Shown here: positions 18,956 through 28,262 of the stretch, one piece after another
How the letters are laid out: each line of letters begins with the position of its first letter
Position numbering within the stretch: the first letter of the stretch is position 1
Assembly: GCA_965223505.1 (NCBI GenBank)
Contig: CBDCWP010000024.1
Span: 32,001 to 96,000 of the forward strand
Source: Planctomycetota bacterium
GTDB lineage: Bacteria > Planctomycetota > PLA2 > JAEUHO01
DNA length: 64,000 nucleotides
Direction: 5' to 3'
Program-made: the position numbers and the translations under genes
The notes under the pieces: generated by a model
Seen by the model: only the letters and a program-made list of their open reading frames with translations
What the model was told of the DNA's origin: nothing
The model's database searches: none

Positions 18956-19941
18956 TCTCGATCCTCCTGCCGGTTCGCAACGGCGGCGTGTACTTCCGAG
19001 AGGCGCTGGACTCCCTGGCCGCGCAGACGCACGAGGACTTCGAGGTGCTCGTTCAAGACGACGGCTCGACCGACGACTCCGCCGAGGTCGCACGCGCGTA
19101 CGGCGCGCGCTTCCGCGTCGAGACCGAGCCCCCGAGCGGCATCGTCAGTGCGCTGAATCGAGCGGCCGCCCGGGCGCAGGGCCGGCTGCTCGTGCGCATG
19201 GACGCCGACGACGTGTGCGCGCCGCGACGACTCGAAAGGCTCTGGTCGGCCGCGCAGGAGCACGCGGATGTCGGGTTCTTCGGTAGCCGGGTGCGCTACT
19301 TCCCGGACGAGCATGTGCGCGCCGGCATGCGGCACTACGAGGGCTGGGTGAACAGCCAGCTCTCCCACGCGGAGATACGCCGTGACCGATTCGTCGAGTG
19401 CCCGATCGTGCACGCGTCGTGGGCGATCCGGCGCGAGACGTTCGACGCACTCGACGGCTACCGGGACGGGCTGTTCCCGGAAGACTACGACTTCTTCCTG
19501 CGCGCGGCGGACATGGACACGCGGTTTCGCAAGCTCCCCGACGTGCTGCTCGAGGTGCGCGAGAGCGGCCAGGGGTTCTCGAAACCGCACGAGCGCTACA
19601 GCCACGACGCGTTCCGGACGCTCAAGCTGAAGCACCTGGTTCCCCACCTCGAGACGTTGGGCAGGCCACTCGCCATCGTCGGCGCGGGCCCGGACGGCAA
19701 GCGCTGGGCGAAGGACCTGATCGCCGCGGGGCGACCGGTGCGGCACTTCGTCGAGGTCCATCCGCGCCGGATCGGAAAGGTCATCCACGGCGCCGACGTC
19801 ATCGGCTACGACCAGCTGGAGCGAGCCGAGGGCTGTTTCCTGCTCGTGGCCGTCGGTCAGAAGGGCGCCCGCGACGAGGTGCGCGGCGTGTTGGCGAACG
19901 CGGGGCTGGAAGAAGAGACGGCATTCCTCTGCGTTCAGTGA
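18952..19941 (+). CDS. GT2-family glycosyltransferase with C-terminal Rossmann-like domain; QTGAL/B3GNTL1-like
   Basis: SILLPVRN, DDGSTD, MDADD, PEDYDF, IVGAGPDGK; GTGA overlap with queG. Confidence 0.9.
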   Translation: MISILLPVRNGGVYFREALDSLAAQTHEDFEVLVQDDGSTDDSAEVARAYGARFRVETEPPSGIVSALNRAAARAQGRLLVRMDADDVCAPRRLERLWSAAQEHADVGFFGSRVRYFPDEHVRAGMRHYEGWVNSQLSHAEIRRDRFVECPIVHASWAIRRETFDALDGYRDGLFPEDYDFFLRAADMDTRFRKLPDVLLEVRESGQGFSKPHERYSHDAFRTLKLKHLVPHLETLGRPLAIVGAGPDGKRWAKDLIAAGRPVRHFVEVHPRRIGKVIHGADVIGYDQLERAEGCFLLVAVGQKGARDEVRGVLANAGLEEETAFLCVQ

Positions 19942-19958
19942 GTCCGTATCCTGCGAGG

Positions 19959-21494
19959 ATGCGTTTTGTCGCACCCCTGTTGTTGGCGCTGTTCGTGTTC
20001 CGAGGAGACGTCGTGGCGGACGAGCCAAAGGTTCCCATCGAGAAGCTGACCGTCGCGGAGAAGAGCGACTACGAGGCCACGTCCACGTCGGCCGAGGTCG
20101 TCGAGCTGGTGGAACGCATCGTCGAGGTCTCGCCCATCGTCTCGCGCTTCACGTTCGGCAAGACGGTCGAGGGCCGGGACATGATCGCGGCGGTCGCCGC
20201 GCAGCCCCACGTGACGACGCCGCTGAAGCCCGACGACCACCGGCTCGTCGTGCTGCTGCTCGGCAACATCCACGCAGGCGAGTGCGCCGGAAAGGAAGCG
20301 CTGTTGCGGCTCCTACGCGAGCTCGGCCTGGCCGCCAACCACCCGTGGATGAAGCACCTGGTGATCTTGTTCGTGCCGAACTACAACGCCGACGGGAACG
20401 ACAAGACGGCCAAGGACAATCGCCCCGGCCAGGTTGGTCCCAAGAACGGCATGGGGACGCGGGCGAACGCGCAGGGTCTCGACCTCAACCGCGACTTCGT
20501 GAAGCTCGAATCGCCGGAAGCGCGGGCGTTCGTCAGGTTGATCGACGAGTGGAGTCCGCACGTCTTCATCGACTGCCACACGACGAACGGTTCGCGTCAC
20601 CGCTACGCGCTGACGTACGACGTCCCGCACAATCCCTCGGCGGCGACCGCCGCGGTCGTGTACGCGCGAAACATGATGAAGACCGTGACCGAGACGCTGA
20701 CGAAGCGCGGCCTCGACACCTTCTACTACGGCAACTTCGATCGGGACCACACCCGCTGGTCGACGTACGGGCATCAGCCGCGGTACAGCACCGAATACGT
20801 GGGGCTACGTGGACGCATCGCCATCCTGAGCGAGGCGTACTCGTACATCCCCTACCGCGAGCGCATCGAGGCGACACATGCGTTCGTCTCGGCGTGTATC
20901 GACCACGTCGCGCAGGTGAACGAGACCGTGGCACTGCGCTCGCTGCTCTCGCCGACGACGCTGCCGAGCGAGGTCGCGATCCGCGCCGAGATCGCGCCGT
21001 TCGCCGACAAGGTCGTGCTCAAGGGGTACGAGGCGACGGGCAAGCGCGCGCCCGGGCCGATCGAGAACGGCGTGCCGAAAGACCACACCGTCGAATTCTG
21101 GGGGCGCTTCGACCCCACGCTCACGGCCAAGCGCCCCGTGGCGTACGCCATCCCGCCGACGCACGAGAACATCGTCGAGCACCTGCGCCGGCACGGCATC
21201 GAGGTGACGAAGGCCGAGGCCGATCAAGAGCGAGCGGTGCGCGTCTCGAAGCCGACGGACCTGCAGAAGTCGCCGGCGACCTTTCAGGGACATCAGCTCG
21301 TCACCGTGAACACGACGACGACAGAGGGTCGCAGGACGATTCCGAAGGGCTGGTTCCTCGTGGACGCCACTCAGCGGCTCGGCAATCTCGCGGTCTACCT
21401 CCTCGACCCGCGCTCTGACGACGGGCTGGTCACCTGGAACTTCTTCGACGATGACCTGGAGGGCGAGTTCCCGGTCCTGGAGGTGCTCGACTGA
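19959..21494 (+). CDS. Secreted M14 zinc carboxypeptidase-family protein
   Basis: Signal peptide; NIHAGE, NADG, DLNRD, DCHTTNG. Confidence 0.88.
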   Translation: MRFVAPLLLALFVFRGDVVADEPKVPIEKLTVAEKSDYEATSTSAEVVELVERIVEVSPIVSRFTFGKTVEGRDMIAAVAAQPHVTTPLKPDDHRLVVLLLGNIHAGECAGKEALLRLLRELGLAANHPWMKHLVILFVPNYNADGNDKTAKDNRPGQVGPKNGMGTRANAQGLDLNRDFVKLESPEARAFVRLIDEWSPHVFIDCHTTNGSRHRYALTYDVPHNPSAATAAVVYARNMMKTVTETLTKRGLDTFYYGNFDRDHTRWSTYGHQPRYSTEYVGLRGRIAILSEAYSYIPYRERIEATHAFVSACIDHVAQVNETVALRSLLSPTTLPSEVAIRAEIAPFADKVVLKGYEATGKRAPGPIENGVPKDHTVEFWGRFDPTLTAKRPVAYAIPPTHENIVEHLRRHGIEVTKAEADQERAVRVSKPTDLQKSPATFQGHQLVTVNTTTTEGRRTIPKGWFLVDATQRLGNLAVYLLDPRSDDGLVTWNFFDDDLEGEFPVLEVLD

Positions 21495-21535
21495 CGAAGG
21501 GCGCCGGCCAACCGCAGGCGCGGCCGAGCCCCGCC

Positions 21536-22228
21536 CTACGGCTCCTTCAGCTTCTCCTTGAACACCTTCTCGAACTTCTCGAGCTTCGGGGCAATCACCG
21601 CGCGGCAATAGCCCTGGCTGGGATTGTCGTTGAAGTAGTTCTGATGGTAGTTCTCGGCAATGTAGTAGTTGCCGGCTTCGTACGGAACGATCTCCGTCAC
21701 GATCGGCGCGTCGAAGACCTTCTCGTCCGTCAGCTTCTGCCTGTAGGTCTCGGCCAGGCGCTTCTGTTCGTCGTCGTGATAGAAGACCGCGGAACGGTAC
21801 TGCGTCCCGACGTCGGCCCCCTGTCGATTGAGCGTCGTCGGGTCGTGCGTCTGCCAGAACACCTCGAGCAGCTCGTCGTACGTCACCTTGGACGGGTCGT
21901 ATGCAATCTGGGCGACTTCCGCGTGCCCGGTCGTTCCCGAACAGACTTGCTTGTACGTCGGGCTCTCGACGTGGCCGCCGGCATACCCCGACTCCACGGA
22001 GAGCACACCGTGCAGTCGTTGGAACACCGCTTCGACACACCAGAAACAACCCGCGCCGAACGTCGCGAGCCGACGCTCGCTCGGCGGAACATTAGAAACG
22101 CTCTCATCCTGCTGGCTCGGCAAGGCGGGGTTTTCCACAGCCGTCTCCCTACGGGTCTCGTCACCACAACCCGCGAGTGCCAGCGAGAAAACGGCGAGGA
22201 AAGCGGTTCTGGCGGCGTCACGGATCAT
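21536..22228 (-). CDS. msrA: Peptide methionine sulfoxide reductase A, with lipoprotein signal
   Basis: GCFWC, TTGHAEV, HDPTTLNRQGADVGTQYRS, AENYHQNY, GYC; lipobox LALAGC. Confidence 0.95.
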   Translation of the reverse strand: MIRDAARTAFLAVFSLALAGCGDETRRETAVENPALPSQQDESVSNVPPSERRLATFGAGCFWCVEAVFQRLHGVLSVESGYAGGHVESPTYKQVCSGTTGHAEVAQIAYDPSKVTYDELLEVFWQTHDPTTLNRQGADVGTQYRSAVFYHDDEQKRLAETYRQKLTDEKVFDAPIVTEIVPYEAGNYYIAENYHQNYFNDNPSQGYCRAVIAPKLEKFEKVFKEKLKEP

Positions 22229-22425
22229 CTGTACGAGTCTACGCGACGAACGGCGACACGCCGGCACGCGCACAGGTGCGAGCAAGCAGCTTCGAGTGGT
22301 ATGCCGGTATTCAGAGCGAACGTCACGAATCCGATGTCAGGAAGGTTGATGCGTCGAGCGCCGCGCGGTAGGTAGGCACGAGGACGCCCCCGACGACATC
22401 CTCGACCTCGTCAGCGAGACCCCGC

Positions 22426-22644
22426 ATGCAACCTGTCATCGGCACCAGCCATCGCTGCCCCCACTGCGGGGGTCAGCTCGACGACTCCGAGGAAGACCGC
22501 AACGGCGCGACGATCTGGGTTCGGATCGTCAGCGACTCGCTGTGGGAGTTCTCCTCGGGCGCCCCGATCGGCGAAGAGAGCGCCGAGCCCGGCACCTTGG
22601 TCTGCCGGGCGTGCGACAAGCCGTTCCACATCGTTCGGCGCTAG
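22426..22644 (+). CDS. Small zinc-ribbon protein
   Basis: CPHC...CRAC pairs in a 72-aa ORF filling an intergenic gap. Confidence 0.6.
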   Translation: MQPVIGTSHRCPHCGGQLDDSEEDRNGATIWVRIVSDSLWEFSSGAPIGEESAEPGTLVCRACDKPFHIVRR

Positions 22645-22668
22645 GTCTCCGACAACCCTGCCACGAAG

Positions 22669-23868
22669 CTATCGCAGGACGCGGCAGCGCGGGTGCTCGC
22701 CCGCGAACGCGTCCCTGGCTTCCGGCGTCACCTTCGAGCCGCGCAGATCCAGGAAACGAAGCTCCGGCAAGCCGCGCAGGCGCTGGAGCCCGGCGTCACC
22801 GATGCCGGTGAACTGAAGCTGCAGGAACTGGAGCGACTTCAGCGCTTCGAGATTCGCGATACCGGCGTCGCTGATGCCGGGGTTGCTGTAGAGACCCAGC
22901 CGTCGCAGCGATGTCAGGTTCTTGAGGTGCGCCATGCCGGCATCGGTCATGGAGAGGCTTGCGTTCAGCTCGCGCAGGTCCGTCAGGTCTCTCAGGTGCT
23001 CGAGCCCGGCCTCCGAGATGTTCATGCCGCGAATCATCAGGGACTGAAGCGACTTCTGGGAGGCGACGTGGCGCATGCCGTCGTCGGTGATGTTGGTGTT
23101 GCGGTACAGGCTCAAGAACTTGAGGTCGAACTTCTCGAGGTGGTTCAGACCGACGTCCGTCACCGCTGTCGCACCGATCGAAAGCCCCTCGAGAGGAAGG
23201 TCCTGGAGATACGCCATGCCTTCGTCGGTGATCTTGGTTCCGGTCAGGCGCAGGTCACGGAGCGCTTCGAGCTGCCCGAGACGCTCGAGGCCTACGTCGC
23301 CGATGCCGGTTTGCTCGAGGTTGAGCTCCTTGAGCTCGCTCATGTTCTCCAGGTGCGCGAGTCCGCCGTCCGTAACCAGCGCGCCCCGCAGGTTGAGGCT
23401 CTCGAGCTGCGTCAAGCCGGCGAGCACCGCGAGGTCGTCGTCCGTGATTCCGGTTCCGCCGAGGTCGAGCTTCTTCAGATTGGGCAACGCGGCCAAGAGC
23501 TCGAGGCCGTCGGCATCGACGATCATGCGCGAGAGATCGAGCGAACGCATGCTGCGCAGCTCCTCGAGCGTCATGCCGCCGAACTTCTCGGCGGAGAGCT
23601 CGTGTAGCCACGCCAGAGCGCTCTTCAACGGTTGCAGGCTCTCGGCCGCCTTCCGGGCTTCGAGGTGCTCGAGGGGCTCGCCTTCGTCGTCGGTCTCGGC
23701 CGAACCGCCGCCGCCATGCCCGACCAGCCCTTCGACATCCGTGTTCTCGTCGCCGGACGTTACGGGCTTCTCCGCCACGGGCGATTCATCGACGGGCTTG
23801 AGGAACCACCCCAGTACGAAGCCGACCAGGAGAACGACGACCGCGCCCAAGCCCGCCTTCAGATCCAT
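22669..23868 (-). CDS. Membrane-anchored leucine-rich repeat protein
   Basis: N-terminal TM, then many LxxLxLxxTxITDxGL repeats. Confidence 0.9.
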   Translation of the reverse strand: MDLKAGLGAVVVLLVGFVLGWFLKPVDESPVAEKPVTSGDENTDVEGLVGHGGGGSAETDDEGEPLEHLEARKAAESLQPLKSALAWLHELSAEKFGGMTLEELRSMRSLDLSRMIVDADGLELLAALPNLKKLDLGGTGITDDDLAVLAGLTQLESLNLRGALVTDGGLAHLENMSELKELNLEQTGIGDVGLERLGQLEALRDLRLTGTKITDEGMAYLQDLPLEGLSIGATAVTDVGLNHLEKFDLKFLSLYRNTNITDDGMRHVASQKSLQSLMIRGMNISEAGLEHLRDLTDLRELNASLSMTDAGMAHLKNLTSLRRLGLYSNPGISDAGIANLEALKSLQFLQLQFTGIGDAGLQRLRGLPELRFLDLRGSKVTPEARDAFAGEHPRCRVLR

Positions 23869-23882
23869 CGGCGCCACCTCCG

Positions 23883-24392
23883 TCAGTCCGGTCGAATGCG
23901 ATTGGCTCCCGTACGCAGCATCGACGGCATCTCGCCCGCGTCCGCACCGGCGCAGATGGTGAACAGCTGCGTGAGGTCGACGGCGAGGTCTACGTCGTAG
24001 ATCTTCGAGTCGCCGGCTTCCTCCTTCATCATCGCCGTGAGCTCGGGGAACCGACCTTCGATCCAGCGCAGGAACGACGTCCGGGTGTGATCGCCTCGCG
24101 CAAGATCCTCGGCGAGCCGCTCCAGCACGCCGTGCATGAATCGGCGCAGCCGCGTGTCGCACTCCGGCGGCACTTCGAGGTCGATGAGGGTGCTCGCGAT
24201 GGAGTCGAAGATGGACGCGCCGCCGGCGGACCACGCCCGCACACTGTCGTGAAACGCGTGCCCCTTGTTCTGCCAGAAGATCAGCGTGCGGTAGAAGTGA
24301 TAGAGCGCCTGGCCGGCACGCCTTCGCTGGTCATTCGTACCGACGATCAGTCTTTCGAGCTCGCGGTCGAGTTGGGTCTTGGCGGTGCTCAT
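23883..24392 (-). CDS. Hypothetical protein
   Basis: Globular-looking ORF (MSTAKTQLDRELERL...) between two co-oriented genes. Confidence 0.65.
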   Translation of the reverse strand: MSTAKTQLDRELERLIVGTNDQRRRAGQALYHFYRTLIFWQNKGHAFHDSVRAWSAGGASIFDSIASTLIDLEVPPECDTRLRRFMHGVLERLAEDLARGDHTRTSFLRWIEGRFPELTAMMKEEAGDSKIYDVDLAVDLTQLFTICAGADAGEMPSMLRTGANRIRPD

Positions 24393-24433
24393 GGGAACCG
24401 CCGCCAGCCTACCAACAGGCGCAAGCGAGCGAC

Positions 24434-26764
24434 CTAGCGGCGCGGATCGCCCTTCAGCTTCAGACGCTTCACGTCGACCGGCTCGAAGCCCTCGCAGCCC
24501 TCGGTGACGCGGATCGTTCGGTCGAACGGGACCGCGCCGACCGCTTGCGTCTTGCCGGTCGTGGGCCAGAACACCTCGAGCGAGACGACGCGTGACGCGC
24601 TGCCGAGACCGATCGTCTGGCGCAAGGGGTTCGCGCCGAAGCTCCCGCCGCTGTTCACATGGCGGTAGATCGAACGCTGCTTGCCGCCCTCTTCGACGAT
24701 GACGCGAATCCGAGCGCCGATGGCACAACGATTGGACGTCACGCCGACGAGCTGGACGGCGATCCAGCGATGGTCGAATCCCGGATTCACGTACAGCGCG
24801 TCCGCGAACTCGTCGCCGGGAAACGCGCCCCCCATCTGCTCGAAGACGTCCAGGTCGCCGTCGTTGTCGAGGTCGGCGAAGGACACCGCGTGCCCCTTCT
24901 GCAGATGGGCGAATCCACCGGCCATCGTGACGTCGACGAACCGCCGGCCTTCCCGATTCAGGAACATCACGTTCGGCATGAGCGCTGCGTACGTCGGCGA
25001 GCCCGTCCCCAGATAGAAGTCGACGTACCCGTCTCCGTCCACGTCACCGAAGTTCGAGCCCATCGTGAGCATGGGATACACGAGGCCCGCTTCCTTCGTC
25101 AGGTTCTCGAAGTTGCCCTTGCCGTCCCCCCGCCAGAGCGCTGACAGCTCGTAGCGCGGAGGCAAGCCCGTGTAGTGGGCGCCGATGTGTTCGGGCCGTC
25201 CCGTGTAGGCGGACACGAACAGATCCAGCGCGCCGTCGTTGTCGTAGTCCCAGAACCACGCCGGAAAGCTCTCCGTCGGCTCTTCGAGCCCGAGCCTCGG
25301 CGCGACGTCCGTGAACGTGCCGTCTCCGTTGTTGTGGTACAGGCGGTTCGGTCCCCGGTAGTTGGATATGAACAGATCCGGATATCGGTCACCGTCGTAG
25401 TCGCCCCACGTGACGCCCTTGACCCAGCGCTGATTGCCTACGCCCGCGATCAGCGCGACATCGGTGAACGTGCCGTCACCGTTGTTTCGGAACAGCTCGC
25501 AGGGCGCCATCACGGCACCCGTCGTCTCGTTGCCGATATAGAGGTCGAGATCGCCGTCGTTGTCGTAGTCCGCCCAGTCCGCCGTCTGCGTCGGATACGA
25601 CTTCTTGCCGAGACCACTGTCGAACGTGACGTCGATGAAGCGCCCGTCGCCGTCGTTTTGCAGGAGCGAGTTGGGTTGCTTGCCGTGCTCGCCCAACCAC
25701 GCGCCGCGCATCACGAAGATGTCGAGGTCACCGTCGTTGTCGTAGTCGGCCTGCTTGAGATTGAGACCGCCCAGCAGCCCGTCGAGCCCGGCGGCGCTGC
25801 TGCGGTCGTCGAACGTGCCGTCGCCGTTGTTGTGGAAGTAGTGCATGACGCCACGCGGGTCCCACGTAGACGTGACGATGTCGAGGTACCCGTCTCCGTC
25901 GAAGTCGTCGACGACCGCGCCGCCGGCGAGGTTGACGGTCGCCAGCCCGAGCCAGGCGCTCTCGTTGCGGAAGAGAGGAAACTCGATCTCCGACTCGAGC
26001 GCGTCGGGACGGATGCGCTCGTCGAGCGGAATGTCCTCCGGAGACCTCCCGAGCGTCATGTGCGCCACGTTCAGCAGCCACTTGGCCGTCAGGTGGTGCT
26101 CGTGACCCGCAGGTGCGTGCTGCATGACCTCGCGGAAGTACCGAATCGCGCTGGTGGAGCCCTCGACCTTCGTGTGCAGACCGCCGCCGCGAATCGGCAG
26201 CACGCAGCTCTCGGCCGTGTACCGCGCGCAGCAGTTCTCGACCTCCCCAAGGCGCAGATAGGCGATGGCGAGGAGCAACCGGGTGCGGCTCGCGTCGGCC
26301 GGTGACAGCCCGGCCTCCTGGATCAGCGCGTAGGCTCGCTCGTGTTGCTCGATTGCCGCTCGCACGTTGCCCTGCTCGAGCTCTCGCTCGCCGAGTCGCA
26401 CGTGCAAGGCCCAACGCGTCGCTGCGCTCACGCCCACGTCGAGACTCGCAAGGCGAGATCGCAGCTCGCGCGCTTGCTTGTTGCCCAGGTACGCGTTCTC
26501 GTCCGGAGTGCGTCCGGCGATGTCGCGCAGCACCTCCAGCATGCGCGCATGCCCGGGCGTCAGATCTCGCGCCGGCACCGCCTCGGATTCCGCTGTTGCG
26601 CGTTCGGGCTGCGCCTCACCTTCGGAGACCTCGAACCAATCGAAGTGCCGGCGCGTCGTCACGACGGCGACGACCACGATCAGCAGCGCGAGTGCGCCGG
26701 TCAGCGACGATGCGATGCGCGTACGTCTCGACACGTTTCGTTTGCGCGACACGACGAACGCCAT
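24434..26764 (-). CDS. CRTAC1 / ASPIC-UnbV family FG-GAP repeat protein
   Basis: Many DxDxDGxxD repeats; C-terminal NRCAIGARI...GGSFG...IGLG...VFWP. Confidence 0.9.
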   Translation of the reverse strand: MAFVVSRKRNVSRRTRIASSLTGALALLIVVVAVVTTRRHFDWFEVSEGEAQPERATAESEAVPARDLTPGHARMLEVLRDIAGRTPDENAYLGNKQARELRSRLASLDVGVSAATRWALHVRLGERELEQGNVRAAIEQHERAYALIQEAGLSPADASRTRLLLAIAYLRLGEVENCCARYTAESCVLPIRGGGLHTKVEGSTSAIRYFREVMQHAPAGHEHHLTAKWLLNVAHMTLGRSPEDIPLDERIRPDALESEIEFPLFRNESAWLGLATVNLAGGAVVDDFDGDGYLDIVTSTWDPRGVMHYFHNNGDGTFDDRSSAAGLDGLLGGLNLKQADYDNDGDLDIFVMRGAWLGEHGKQPNSLLQNDGDGRFIDVTFDSGLGKKSYPTQTADWADYDNDGDLDLYIGNETTGAVMAPCELFRNNGDGTFTDVALIAGVGNQRWVKGVTWGDYDGDRYPDLFISNYRGPNRLYHNNGDGTFTDVAPRLGLEEPTESFPAWFWDYDNDGALDLFVSAYTGRPEHIGAHYTGLPPRYELSALWRGDGKGNFENLTKEAGLVYPMLTMGSNFGDVDGDGYVDFYLGTGSPTYAALMPNVMFLNREGRRFVDVTMAGGFAHLQKGHAVSFADLDNDGDLDVFEQMGGAFPGDEFADALYVNPGFDHRWIAVQLVGVTSNRCAIGARIRVIVEEGGKQRSIYRHVNSGGSFGANPLRQTIGLGSASRVVSLEVFWPTTGKTQAVGAVPFDRTIRVTEGCEGFEPVDVKRLKLKGDPRR

Positions 26765-26975
26765 GTCGTCGCATCTCTCCGTTACCCCTGGGCAGACCTT
26801 CTGCCGTTCAGACGAGAGAGACGCGCGGCACGTTGTGTGAATTCCCCGGTGAGCGGGACCCGAGACCCGACAACGATGTATGCAAGACCCGACCGTTGAC
26901 AACCGGCTAACCAGGTTCTGTTGCACCCTCAGGTCGTGTCTACACTCCGAGGTCGTGTCCCTGGAGGGAGTCGCA

Positions 26976-28259
26976 ATGATCAAATCGTTTGCTCTCGTCA
27001 TGTGCGTTGCCATGCCCCTTGCGTTCGTGGAGATGACGCAAGCAACAGCGGAGGACAAGGACCAAAGTCGTTCCCTATTGCCGAAGGTGCTGCGCTCGTA
27101 CGGCTTCGGCGATCCGAAGCAACCGATCTATGTCACGTTCACCGGCCGAATCGGGGACGACCCCGTGCTTCCCAGATTGGCGGGGAAGGACGAGGCGCCG
27201 CCGCGCAACACCCTGTGGGTCTTCGAGGATCCCGCCCCGGTCTGGCGGGCGTTGAGCCGCGCGCACACCCGCAGCTTCGCAAAGGACATGTTCCCGGGCG
27301 CGGATGCGCGCCTCGTACTCGCTGTCGGGTCGGAGAAGAGCGGTCGCCGTCTATTCCTGCACTACCGCCAAGGCTGGGGCAGCATCAGCGTACGCAAGGG
27401 ACGCGAGTTCAGCGGCGGCGACTGGCACTTCGACGCGGGCGGCGACCGAGCGCTGATCGAGCTCTTGTCCAAGACCCCGCCGACCGCGCTCGGAGTTCCG
27501 TCACGTTGGACGCAGTACGCCGGGCGTCGAAACGCGCTGAAGCGGCCGACCGTGAACGTGGCCGTCGCCCGCAGCGCCGCGAGCCTGGACCGCCTGTCGA
27601 AGCGCTTCGTCCCGCACTACGCGCACACGAAGTCCCTCGCACCCAGCTCGCACGTGCAGCTGGGGCGCGATGTCGTCGTGGCGACCTGGCTGCCGCCGCA
27701 GAACCAGAAGGACATCCTGCAGTTCGATGGGTGTCGGCTTTGGGACGACAAGCTGCGCTTCGACGTACGTCGGGAGAAGCGCAACGAACGCGCCGTACGG
27801 TGGTCGCCGGGAGCGCTCGTCGCCCTGACCGTACCCGCCGGCGCGCGATTCCTCGAGGTGCGGCTCGACGGCGTCGTGCACACGCAGGTGCGCTTCGCGT
27901 CGGACCCCGATGCCGCCAACACCGAGCTTCTGCACGACGAGGTCGCCTGCCTGATCATCGAGCGCATGCACGACGGCAACGCGTGGATCGACGTCGGTGA
28001 TCTGTACTTCTACCGCGGCGGCACGTACATGTGGATACGGCCGTCCTCGGTGCAAGGATCGCAAGTCGTCGCGTACCAGGGGACCGTTCCGGCGGCCTTG
28101 ACCAAGACGCTGCTCGCCTCGATCGAGGCGGGCGACGGTTTCATGCTGCAGGGCGGGACGCCGAACTACGTTCGGCACATAGAAGACGCGAAGGCACGGC
28201 CGCCCAAGGGGATCGACGAGCTGCGGCGACACGTGTCCGGCGAGCACCCGCTGCGGTAG
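26976..28259 (+). CDS. Secreted hypothetical protein
   Basis: GGAGGGAG SD, signal peptide, long ORF. Confidence 0.7.
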   Translation: MIKSFALVMCVAMPLAFVEMTQATAEDKDQSRSLLPKVLRSYGFGDPKQPIYVTFTGRIGDDPVLPRLAGKDEAPPRNTLWVFEDPAPVWRALSRAHTRSFAKDMFPGADARLVLAVGSEKSGRRLFLHYRQGWGSISVRKGREFSGGDWHFDAGGDRALIELLSKTPPTALGVPSRWTQYAGRRNALKRPTVNVAVARSAASLDRLSKRFVPHYAHTKSLAPSSHVQLGRDVVVATWLPPQNQKDILQFDGCRLWDDKLRFDVRREKRNERAVRWSPGALVALTVPAGARFLEVRLDGVVHTQVRFASDPDAANTELLHDEVACLIIERMHDGNAWIDVGDLYFYRGGTYMWIRPSSVQGSQVVAYQGTVPAALTKTLLASIEAGDGFMLQGGTPNYVRHIEDAKARPPKGIDELRRHVSGEHPLR

Positions 28260-28262
28260 CCG

